From contig CM120645.1 of assembly GCA_051362555.1 (NCBI GenBank), positions 17,174,001 through 17,238,000 of the forward strand: DNA of 64,000 nt, written 5' to 3'. This DNA comes from Lingula anatina (lineage: Eukaryota > Animalia > Brachiopoda). The notes beneath the pieces were generated by a model, which ran no database searches, was not told the origin of the DNA, and worked only from the letters and a program-made list of their open reading frames with translations. Shown here in pieces: positions 1 to 11,600 of the stretch (its first letter is position 1; the number at the start of each line of letters is the position of its first letter). The position numbers and the translations under genes are program-made.

Positions 1-330
1 GGCTGAGTGAAAATTGATCCTGATCTTACGTACATAATAAAATAAACATTTTGACATTTCCACTGGTCTTGTTACGCTGATTGTATAAATAGTATTTATT
101 TTCTGGGCTTGTAAAATACCTTCTACTTTCTGCTCACGTTGGAATAAAATTATTTATCTATCTATATAGCAAGCCGTCACAAGCATCGGAGAGGCAACCT
201 CAAATAGACTTGGGTATTTTGAGCTGATATGTATATTTATATGTGGAGAGGAAGAGCAAACTGAGTAATTGTGCTCTGATATGAAATGTTAAAACCTTGA
301 GATTATATTAACCCTTTTTGTATTTTTCAG

Positions 331-590
331 GTGCGACAGACCGCGGAACAAAAGGATTAAAAATGTTCCTCGTTCGTGCCTGCATCGGTCGACCATATCT
401 CACACGTGAGAAGAAACAATTTCCACGGCCTCCTTGTACTGAGAAAGGCTGCATGCAAGTCGTATGCAACCATACCAGTCACTTTGATTCCGTGATAGCA
501 GACGTTTCCAATATGTTGTACAGAGAGTTTATTATTTACGAGAAAACAATGTGTTATCCTGAATATATCATCACGTACGACAGAATATAG
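331..590 (+). CDS. Last coding exon of an upstream PARP-catalytic-domain gene (paralog of the 5680-13199 gene); earlier exons lie off-window
   Basis: Acceptor tttttcag| at 330. Translation ...LVRACIGRPY...FDSVI...YREFIIYEKTMCYPEYIITYDRI* matches the PARP catalytic C-terminus and differs from exon 12940-13199 at about 10 residues. Confidence 0.85.
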
Positions 591-1058
591 TATTGAATCC
601 AATTTAAACGACTTAATTCAATATTCGGTGAAAAGTCCCTTTGATTTCTATGCCAGAGCTTCGTGACTGCGAGAATGAGAATGCGCCAAGATGCACAAGG
701 GGACGTATAGCCTCAACCGAATGACGTTAGGGGAAATACAAGGTGGTTATACAAGGTGCATTGAAGAAAGCAAATATAACAGGTGCATGGCTCGCAATAT
801 GGCAGTAACAACAAATTGCTAGTTTCATTGGTTCTCTATAGCGAATGATTACCCCAGGTGTCTGCACTCATTGACACCACCTCTCGATTTTTCACCGAAT
901 GATTGACAAGTGGCAACCAAAACAGGTCAATTGACATCAATTAAGTTGTTCATTTCATCATCATTGCATTTAAATTGTTCTGCTCCTCCTGGACCCCGTA
1001 ACTCAAAAGCATCGCGCATTGCGACCGAGCGCAAGCGTCTCGATTCCATAACTAGCCC

Positions 1059-1604
1059 TGTTGTCGCTTACGACAACAAGTTGCAATTACGGTCGTATCA
1101 GTAGTCATCTTTGTTTTGTTATGCAAATGATTTGCTCAGTATATATACGGCCAGCAGTAGTTCTGGGCGCGGCCACGTTTGTATTTGACGAGCAGAAGGC
1201 TCAGGTCGCCAAGTATCAAGATTTTGTGTAGTCACTTCGGCAAAATCTGTGGATCACCATCGGGCGGGAAAAGCCACATTTCTCTGTACGTATTGTTAAC
1301 TATTTGCACAATGTATATGTAAAAGCGTAAGTCGTTTTTGTCTAGCCAAATTTATAGTATGCACAACATTTCCAGTTTCTTATAATTTTAATTATATTTA
1401 ATTAATTAATTAAAATTAATTATTTCTTTTTATATTTGTATTCAGTTTATATTATATTTGTGTATTTTTATATAATCAGTTTGGTGTTTATATTTCATTA
1501 TTTTGTTATTTTAGTATCACCATGTCCATGTCAGTGTATGTGCGTGAATAAAGGTGTGAACATTTTCCCGTTGTTTGTGTTCGTTTGGCGTGGGATCCGC
1601 AACA
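1059..1604 (+). mobile_element. Probable solo LTR (546 bp)
   Basis: TGTTG...CAACA termini; TATATATA near 1140; donor GTAAGT at 1327; acceptor ttttag at 1514; AATAAA at 1547 followed by a GT-rich tract; absent from duplication copy 2. TSD is imperfect (agccc/agtac). Confidence 0.55.
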
Positions 1605-3283
1605 AGTACTCGACACATATAATACACTGCGGCCTCTATGTGATATCGTTATTCGCAATGCCCGATGCTTTCCAGTTACGGGGCCCTGTTTTTTTTTTTT
1701 TTTTACTCTGCTCTAGTATATGTAATTACTACATGATCAAATGTAACTATACTGCATATCTTTGACTGTGAAAAAAAAAGCCTTTTTGTGGCTGTGAGGT
1801 GTGTTTCTGCCCGAATATCATCTGTCTGATAACAGTGGCATTAAACATTAAAAAACATTTATAAAACTAGAAGTAAGAAAGGATAAAAATTAGGGTAGAA
1901 TAAAAAAAACGAATGTTTATATATAATTTTCTTTTAAAAATGAAGCTAATTAATGAAGCTTAAGGCAAAATAAAAATTACATTACAGCCATGGAAATACC
2001 AAAGATGAGTTCATCGATACCACGGGCCGACGACCATGTCCAAATATTTCACCCACTGCCCCAACCTTTTTTTTTGGAATGGTTAGCCTTTCCCCGCCCA
2101 CTTAAAGGTTATTTACCCCGTAGCTATAAAAGCTGTCATATGTTCGAGTTCTTTTTCTTTTATTTCGAAGTAGCCTATACAATACACTATACAAGTATAT
2201 GATATTAAAGCATTTTAATGACGCAACATTACTAATTAAATTTCTAAATATGTACCGTGCCGCTTTATGGACATGTCAAAGTGAATGCACCATGCTACTA
2301 TCAATGTGCCACTGATAACGTGTGCATTCCCAGCTACCGCAATGTGTACTGTACAAAATTTCATAGCGCTCCCCCAAGGAGGCTATATTTTCACCTCCGT
2401 TTGTCTGCTACCAGATACCAGCTCAAAAAGCTACAGATAAATTTTCATGAAAATAGACTTGTTCAGAATAGGTCACAAATGTGTTAACTTAAAAACGATA
2501 AGATTTTGTTGGTGATCTGAATCCAAATATTTTTAAAGGATTCTACATCTTTGCGATGTAGAGCCAATGACTCGAACTTGTACCATACCATAGATTTGCT
2601 CTCAGCTACCAGTGTTTATCACGACAGGTTGCTTGGCGGGTGTTTTTATTTGGTTTTGGACTGAAAGAAGAGCATAGCGGATTAATTGAGTCAAATAAAC
2701 ATGTATTTTTATGTTTTCGCTTACAGCATCGGTAGTCCATGCCTAGAAAGATTCTTCCCTCAACCTGCAAATTCTGGTTTATCTTTTTCCCTTGCTTTGC
2801 CTCGTGGTTTTAAACGTTTTGTATCTAGAGTCCCTTAGACTAGCAACTGTGGGTCTGTAACCCTTGATGGGCAGATAAGCAGGGAAATGTTGAAATTTGA
2901 AGATAAGCAGCTGATCCCCAACAGATCTGGGGCTATATTCTCGAACGTATTGTAACTTTTCAATAAAGTCCGATTGTTAACGTAAGTTGATACATACCGG
3001 TCGTTTGAAAATGTTATACACTAGAACTAAGGGTGCGGACGGTTCATAAAAATTGAAAAGTTTATCGAAGTATTAAAAACCTCTGTCTTTCGGAATTCAT
3101 TGCCTAAGACTATAATAGTCTAAGAATACTTCTATAATTAAATCACAGACAAACAAAAAAGTGGTTGCATCATTAAGGTGTTCATTTTCATATGGTGCCT
3201 GTGACAATAAATTTAAAATGCCTGGATATAGGGGTTACATTTTAGTGTCTGAGCATTATTTCAGCCTTTGTACAAAAAAGAAA

Positions 3284-3900
3284 ATAATAATAATAATAAT
3301 TTTACTGAAAACAAGAAAGATATTGTGCTACATTGTATATACATTGTACTATACATGTGTTGTTGATTTAAAGGCGGTTTTCAGGCTTAGACCATGGCTT
3401 ATAACCAAAGACTTCCAAATCTGCTGCAAAAAAATTTAATTCCATTGAGTTCAGCCTGATACAACTGAGATAGGCCAATATACTCTTTTCTGTCAGTTTT
3501 AGATTTCTTCTTTAATCTTTAAATTCACTTTTAAAGGTGGTTAAAAAATAAAATTAAAAAATACCAGGGTTAGACAATTTCCTGTGTAATAATAATAATA
3601 ATAATAATAATAATTTTACTGAAAACAAGAAAGATATTGTGGTACATTGTATATACATTGTACTATACATGTGTTGTTGATTTAAAGGCGGTTTTCAGGC
3701 TTAGACCATGGCTTATAACCAAAGACTTCCAAATCTGCTGCAAAAAAATTAATTCCATTGAGTTCAGCCTGATACAACTGAGATAGGCCTATATACTCTT
3801 TTCTGTCAGTTTTAGATTTCTTCTTTAATTTTTAAATTCACTTTAAAAAGTGGTTAAAAAATAAAATTAAAAAATACCAGGGTTAGACAATTTCCTGTGT
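3284..3900. repeat. Two near-identical tandem copies of an about 314-bp unit, each starting at an (AAT)n microsatellite
   Basis: tttactgaaaacaagaaagatattgtg at 3301 and 3615; both copies end gggttagacaatttcctgtgt. Confidence 0.9.
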
Positions 3901-3939
3901 AATTCCCAATGTTCGTTTTAAATGTTCGATGTCGTTGTC

Positions 3940-4141
3940 TAAGGGTGCATTCCCTGAGATTTAGATCGATCCAGAGATTTAGATTTAGATCGACCTAACT
4001 CCCTGGTGGTTCACGCTTAATTGCAGCTTTTTACAGCTTTTAGTAGGCGGTACAGACATTTAAGCCCGTTAAGCTGACACCAATCTATTGAGACTCCCCA
4101 GGGGGATAGATCGATCTAAAATCTATGGGAAAGGGGTCTTA
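3940..4141. mobile_element. MITE, copy 1 (possibly PIF/Harbinger-type)
   Basis: Imperfect terminal inverted repeats (taagggtgcattccctgagatttagatcgatc ... gatcgatctaaaatctatgggaaaggggtctta) with TAA/TTA ends; second copy at 16899-17119. Confidence 0.7.
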
Positions 4142-5679
4142 TTCTTCCAGTTTGATGATCATACGGAATTGCGTACGAAAACCACAGTCTGGACATAGGA
4201 AACCATGCGTCACGTGCCCTTGCGTCACGTGCTCTTGCGTTACGTGCCCTTGTGCGTTCAGGCATCATGATCTATAACGTAACGGATGAATCCTGGGGAA
4301 CCCTTAAGGGGTCACTTGAAAATTGGCTGCCCCTTTTTGTCGGGCGTGAGACCACCTTTTTTTGCCGTACCAATTACTTTTTTTTGTCATTTTTGATGAT
4401 CCGTTGACAGGCTAAAATGCCGACTTGTTGCACTGCACCATACCCTAGGTGTCTGAGATAAACACCATCCGCGGGTATACGACACGAGGCGTTCATACAT
4501 TGTAAGGGTGCCTCACTAAAAGCACCTTTGAATATCTATTTCAAATGTCATTTTATACAGTCTAATTAATTAACAAATAGATCTTAGGCAGAGATACATT
4601 TACAAACTGGTTAAGTCAGTACCTCGAAGGACAGACAACGTCATACGGTTTCGTAGCAGTCACGTGAGATCATATACCAAATATAGCTTACTATATCCCA
4701 CCAGAAGTAACCCAAACGGAGAAAGTTTCACAAATGTTGAAAGTCTTTTGATAAAACGAGAAAGTATAGCAAAGCACTAACATTCAGGTTGATTGATGTA
4801 TTTTCTCATAGTTTTAACTTACTTAAATAACAGATGTACATGTAATACACATACATGTATTTTGTTGAAATGTTCCTCCGTTTAATACATTTTGCAATGC
4901 ATGCATCTTTTTGTACACTACTGCAATTTATAATCTCCATTCCCGGTTTTGTCGAATGTCATATTTAGCGTGTGTGTCCTCTTCTAATTTAACTATATTT
5001 AGTAATCAATTGTTATATTCTTGGAAAGACCAATAAAGCGTCGGCAGCCAGCGCTCTACTTTTTCTGACAGTCTTCCAAATTATCTTTGTTGAGCCATCC
5101 CCATTTTTGACCGTCTTCCGACAGAAAAAGTTAGATACCCGTCTATATAAAATCTTGAAAAGAGACCCAGAAGACGGCCTACATGTAAATCCGCCCCTGG
5201 TAACTATACAGATCGATGTATTTCACATGACTGAAAAGAAAAAGGGCTTATTACTAAAATAATTCGGAAAGAATATGACCGGTAAAAGTTTTTAGAAGGT
5301 TTGCCAAAACACTGAACACAAATCCAAAGGAGAAAAGAGGTTATTTACTCAAGTTAAGAACCACGTAGCATTTTACGAAATCAAAAACGTTATTATGCGG
5401 CGAGATAACTGTGACCCAAGAAAACACGTTAATCAAGCTAGCCAAGGAAACTAGATACGAAAACATGTTGACTTTACCTACGCGCTGTGATCATCCTGGA
5501 TAGCTGCAGTCGTGACGCTATTAATTTTGACAGTCCCAATTCAGCTGCATTGGGGTGTCACCTTGGCAGCACGAAGCTAGTAAACCCTGTAAAGCGGAGG
5601 ATCTGCGTCTACCTTTCCGTTATCTAGGGCCCCTTGTGACAAAACCGGACTCTGCGCTCTTGCATACCTTCCCTGCATC

Positions 5680-8600
5680 ATGGCGAATGCAACCAACGGG
5701 ACCCTATTAGGCAACATTACGACGTTGTCAACATGGTCGAGTAGTGAAACTACCACTGACAGTTATTTCACAACCACCGATCTCGGACACGTCCATTCAC
5801 CCGTACCTACCGCGAATTATTCCAATTACTCTTTGGAAACTTACACAACTATCTACTGGTCAGGTAGGTTTAATTTTAATTGTTAAACCGTTAAATTGAA
5901 TATTCGGTACAAATAAACTGTTAATATTTGTAAGAACCCAGTGATATTGTGGAATTGTTTTTATCAGCGGACAGGAGATTTTTGTCAACTATAGAGTACG
6001 CATTATTTTTGATCATTAGTTACAGGTACGCTTTGATACAGTGAGCTTTATTATTACCTGAACACTAAGCTGCATGGGGCTGTTTAAGACATTTGGGGTT
6101 TATAAGCGACGCCGCGATCAATGATAAGGGTATCTCCTCTGGTCAGAAAATGTCCTCATTTCACATAGTCTGGATGACTGGTGCTATATTTTGGCCAAAT
6201 TGCTCAAAATGTGGAAAAAGCATGAAACTTGGCACAAATGTTCTTTTGTCTATACGGATCATTTTCAAGGGCAGTGCCCAAAATTTCAAAGCGTTGCTTA
6301 GCAACCGTTGCTATGGAAGTGAATTTCCTTAGTAACAAGCTAATTAGACCTTTCTTGTCCAGTTTAAATTGTTTAGAAATGCTAATAACTATATTTCAGG
6401 GCATCAGAACTGTCACTTGACTATTTAAAGGCAATTAAAACCCAAATTAACCTTAGCTACGATTGCTAGGCAGCATATTACCCTAGCAACAAGCATTAAA
6501 AGTTGCGTTAGTCTATTAAGTAAGGCAAATCTATAATACTAGCTATAAGAACTACACTTTTGAGCAAGATGTACATACTTTTAATCCAGTAAGTTGAAAC
6601 AATTGTGTGATGTTTACACACATCCGATCAAAAACATTGCCAGTGCAGATACTTAAGGCAGCCTGTTCAAAGTTAGTAACCAGCCATTTCCATGCTTTAA
6701 TCATTTTACGACTCTTTATAAAACTTTGCAATAGTTAAGACGTTAAATTCTCCCTTGTATGTGCAATATACAGTGCATTTTGCCCTTGCACATTGTCAGC
6801 CTCTACATTTGCACTTACATGCACACTGGAGCAACTCTGGGCAGGTGAATAGCTTCTGGCAAATGTGTCCTCAAGGGTCCACTGTTCCGCACAAGTCCAA
6901 CCAGAGTGAGCACATGGTATCCGATAACATGGCACCGTATTGCTGATTCAGATATGTTCATCTCGCAAGAATACTCTTATATTGTTGTAGAGCAGCCTTG
7001 GTGGAAGTGAGATATGGCATCTAACAGCCTTTGGGTGTGAACAGAAACTTTTGAACTTCATTGATTAACAAAAAGAATTAAAATAGAACCATGCAGGTGT
7101 ACTTAAGGTACTTGGTAGAGAATAGAAACTGACAAAATACAATGTGAAAAAACTTTTTAGAAAATATTGAACAAAATGAAAAATATCTTGGAAATCTGGT
7201 CTCTGAGAAACCTTTCAATAATAGGAAAGTCAACAGTGGTTAAACCTATAGTATTTCTCATCTTACGTTGTGCACGTATAAGCTCTCCTACCAGCCCCCC
7301 CTCCCTCAAGGTACCGCAAATAAAAATTTTACTAAGGCCCTAAACTTTACATGGCTTAAAGACTTCTTTATGAAGAAAATAAGAGTAAGTGGAGAGCATT
7401 TTTGTCGGCGAAATGTCAGGAATTGGTAGTAACATGATCGAAAGAGGCCGTTATACTAAAATCGACAGAGATCAAAGGTTTTGCCCTTTATGTCTCAGAC
7501 TAGGCATTCACACAGTAGAAGACGAAATGCATTTTTTACTTTTATGCCCCTTGTACGATGAATTCAGAATGAAATACTTTAGAACTGAATGGACATCCCG
7601 CTTTCCAAATAAACATTTGTTTACAACTATAATGTCTGACGAGAACGAAGAGAGTATTTTCTCACTGGCTAGATTTTTATTGAACGCCTTTACTCTAAGA
7701 AGTAAAATAGTAGATAACAATGTTAACCTTCCAGATATGTAAATGAAATAATTGTATATGTATGGTGTATTCATAATTTATTTCTGTATGTAAAGCCTTG
7801 ATTGTATATGTCATCTGTGTTTATACAGATTGTAATGTATTGTTGGCCAGAGGCCTTAAACTACAAAGAATAAATAAATCATCATTATCATCACAAAAGG
7901 TGGATTAAAAATACTAAAAGCAACTTCTTATCCTTTTTGGCAAAGATTGGTTCCTTGAGTGAAATTCAGGAAAATTTCAATTTAACCCCAGATGAAATCC
8001 TTTCACAACCATTATGTCAAAACTCAAAAATTGAAAGAAATTGCAAAAACTATTTTCCATAAAAGATGGTGTAAAAATGTTTTTTTTTACATCAATGATA
8101 TTATAAATGACATTTGAAATCCCCTCTGTCTAGAGGAACTCAACATAAAATCAACCTTAACACTAACTTTCTAGGCTAATTCAGCATCCAGAAGAGCTAA
8201 CCATCTGAATGGCTATCTCTTCCCATGGAAGTAAATTGAGCATAGCAATCCAAGAAATAATTGACTCAATTAAACAAGTTTCCAAACCATCCAGATATTT
8301 TTTCACAAAAAAATCCTCCAAAGCCATAAAATATCACCAGATAAAGGTGTAGGTGAATGGCAGACATATTTTTAAAAAACCTTGAGTACTGATAATTGGG
8401 AACTAACATTTAAGAAACAGATCACAAGAAAATGAAGTTGCTCCAATTCAGAATAAATCATAGAATATTCAATACTTATGCTTATTCTATGAATTTGAGA
8501 ATTTTGCAATACTGCTAGGGGAAATATTCTGTACGTTTTTTGGGAATGTCCACATGTAAAAAATGTTTGGATGTGCATCATTTGCCCCGCTAAAGATAAT

Positions 8601-11600
8601 TTAGGTGTGGTCATTGATAGATCTCCGGAGATATTTGTATTTGGGCTTGTGCAAGCATACACTATTTATGTACCTATCTTAATAATTAAGAAACATGTTA
8701 GTATATGTAGAATGGGAACAGAAAGATCTGGGAACAGAAGGAACTGGGGGGTATGTAAAATGCTACAGAGATATCTGTATATATATTATTAAATATATAA
8801 TGTTAAATACTTGTTGCTAGGGTAATATGCTGCCTAGCAACTGTTGCAATGGTTTACTTGGGTTTTTAATGCCTTAAAATAGTATAGTGATAGTTCTGAT
8901 GGCTTGAAACATTATTAAAAGTCTTTTTAAATCGTTTAAACTGAACAAGAAAGGTCCAATTAGCTTTTTACTAAGGTAAATCACTTCCTTAGCAACGGTT
9001 GCTAAGCAACGCTTTGAAATTTTGGGCACTACCCTTGAAAATGATCAGCATAGTCCAAAGAACATTTGTGCCAAGTTTCATGCTTTTTCCACCTTTTGAG
9101 CAATTTTCTCACCAGTCATCTAGACTAACAGGCTTTGAGATATGCAACGCATTCATCAAGTTATTGACTTATATAGGATTTGATAATAAAGTCTGTCTTT
9201 GTAGACAAGAAGTTTGAATAAATCAAAATTTCGTCATTTCAAAATGGCCGTTTGCTATAGACACAAACCACTACGTCTTTTAATAAATATCTGTAAAACT
9301 TTAATAGAGCAAATTATCACCGCCTAATTAAATCAAAACTTTAAGTTTTATTGTTTAAAACTCTCTACTTAAACGTACAAAGTGCGCAATGTCGCACTAC
9401 ATCTTGCCTTCTTTCACTTTGGAGACAGCTTTTTCGATGTAAATGCTAAAGCATATTGAATTGTGAGGTTTTGTGCTGGCAGTGTATTCATTAGTTAACA
9501 GGTTCAAATAAAAAATTGATAAACCCCTTTTTTATTCTAATTAGAATATAATAACAAGTGTTTTGGAAAAACACAACGATGTCGCATGTTCTCTTGCGAG
9601 CTATTCTGGCGGGTTTATCCCTAAAAGTCATCGCCAGAAGGCGCATTTATCGGATAGGAAAACTTACGTGCTGGGCTAATTGATACAGCACTGAAATAAA
9701 ACTACTGTCTTCTTTTTATCCTGTCGGGATCCTCTCACTACCTGTGTTGTAAAGCAATGGGAATACTGATGATACTTCCTAGTTTACTTATGATTCTGTA
9801 GGTAAAACATCCAGTCTATAATAAAAAGCAGTTAAAATCTGAAAATGAAATATCCCTGTGTGATGAGACATTTATACTGGGAAATAAACCGGTTTTAAGC
9901 ATGAATCACGCCATAAAAAGAATTTTTCTAGTTTAAGCTTGTCAAAGAATTCTCATTTCGCATTTAAAGTTTGAGGTTTCTCGTCATCTCACTTAGCAAA
10001 TATATTAATATATTTTCCTACAATCACTTGTGCTTCTATCTTAATGAACACAAACATTAGCCCATTTTACATTAGAAATCAGTTTAAAAAAAATAAATTT
10101 GTGTTCTAAATTTGTATTGAAAAGGAAAGACACATTCATTACAACCCTTGAATGTTTTACTTTTGCAGTATCGGCATCTTCTCTAATGCTTGTTTTACTC
10201 GCCTGTGTCTGCCTCCAAACTTACGTTTACAGGAAAGAAAAAAAGTAAGTAATCACAACCAGTTCCTGTTTTTAAAGTTAAAGGAGATGCATATTGGACA
10301 CTGTTTTTTATGATAAGCCCTTCACAAAATGGGCTATTGAAATTTCAATCATTAATCCATTTGAGTATCATTTATGTACAAAATATTGTTCACTACATTA
10401 ACATTCGTCACTATCTTAAATAGTTAATGCACTCATTTTTATTATTTCTACAATCGGATATAATTAAGAGGTTTCCTATTACACAGTAAAATATATGATG
10501 GTTTGACGAGGGAGAAAACCATGGGCATCAAAACATCAGTGGAAATAGAAGAAGATGAAGACTTGTGCGTGTGGTCTGTAAAGATACTCATGGAGATAGA
10601 GCGGCCTCTATTGGTGGATATATTTAAATGGGCAGGCGTTTGTGCTTTATGTTTGGGGCTATTGCTGGCGATTCCTGCAACATATGCATTAATTCCACTA
10701 CTCCTGTATGACGTATCACAAGCCATTCACGTATGTGTGTTGTATATGAAAAAGATGGAAAGCAAGGACAAAGGTTTTGTATTTCCAGATGTTAAGCGCT
10801 TTCATCTGTCGTATACACTTCTTGCTGGATTTCCCGCTGGATCAGTGGCAAAGATTCTTGGCACACTGTGGCTGGACGGAATATGGGACTATTCAGATTT
10901 TGGCTTTACTATTCTCTTCACACCTCATACAATCCTTATTCTGATTGCTGCACCAATTATGTTTTTAACATTTTGCTGCGCATGTTGCAAGTGCCGTGAA
11001 TCAGAACCGTGTAAAGACAGAAAGTTTTTGCTGATTTGCTGTTTTCTATACGTCATCTTTAGCTTATTGTGGCTAATTGGAGCGGGTTTGATGATATCAA
11101 GTTCCCCATACGACAACGGTATTGTCCACCAGATAAGTGCTGCCATCTATACAATCATAGTGCAGGATATAAACACGGACCTTCCATTTGCCGTTGGCTT
11201 CGCTTTTGTTTTTGGTGCCTATTTCCTTTATGCGATGGTACTGTTCCTGTATGTCGCCATCAATGGTGAGTTGTCAAAGTATACGAATAACGTCGAAATA
11301 AAATAATTATTGTTTCTAGAACTGCCCTGTAGTCAAGCGTTTTTTATTTTTGTAATGGTGTTAAAGGCCTGTTGTTTACTTTTCCTCGGGTTAGAGATGA
11401 TGTGCTAAAGAGTGAAATGACTTTACATGAAGCGTGGAAAGACTGGGTTCAAAGGTCCATTTATCATGGATTCTATATTCCAGGAAGACTGTTGAAAGTT
11501 ATCCCCGAATTCTCAGATACCTGGTGTTTTGGTTGGTCGTCAGTGATACTGGTTTACTTCCTTGACAACCCGGGTGACGTCAGTTCGTCGTATATCAAGG

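Larger units (their letters stand above)
1..4575 (+). repeat. Segmental/tandem duplication, copy 1 (PARP last intron, last exon and 3' flank)
   Basis: Colinear similarity with about 12717-15810: 331-715 vs 12940-13323, 745-1053 vs 14188-14499, 1611-2620 vs 14500-15498, 4270-4575 vs 15533-15810. Copy-specific indels separate the blocks. Confidence 0.9.
6166..9127 (-). mobile_element. Non-autonomous Academ(X)-type DNA transposon in intron 1 of the membrane-PARP gene
   Basis: TIRs of about 330 bp (6166-6500 and 8800-9127); TAG...CTA termini; 3-bp TSD aca (6163-65, 9128-30). Minus-strand remnant CPELLQCACKCKCRG*QCARAKCTVYC at about 6760-6845 resembles the AcademX C-terminal Cys-rich finger. Confidence 0.75.
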
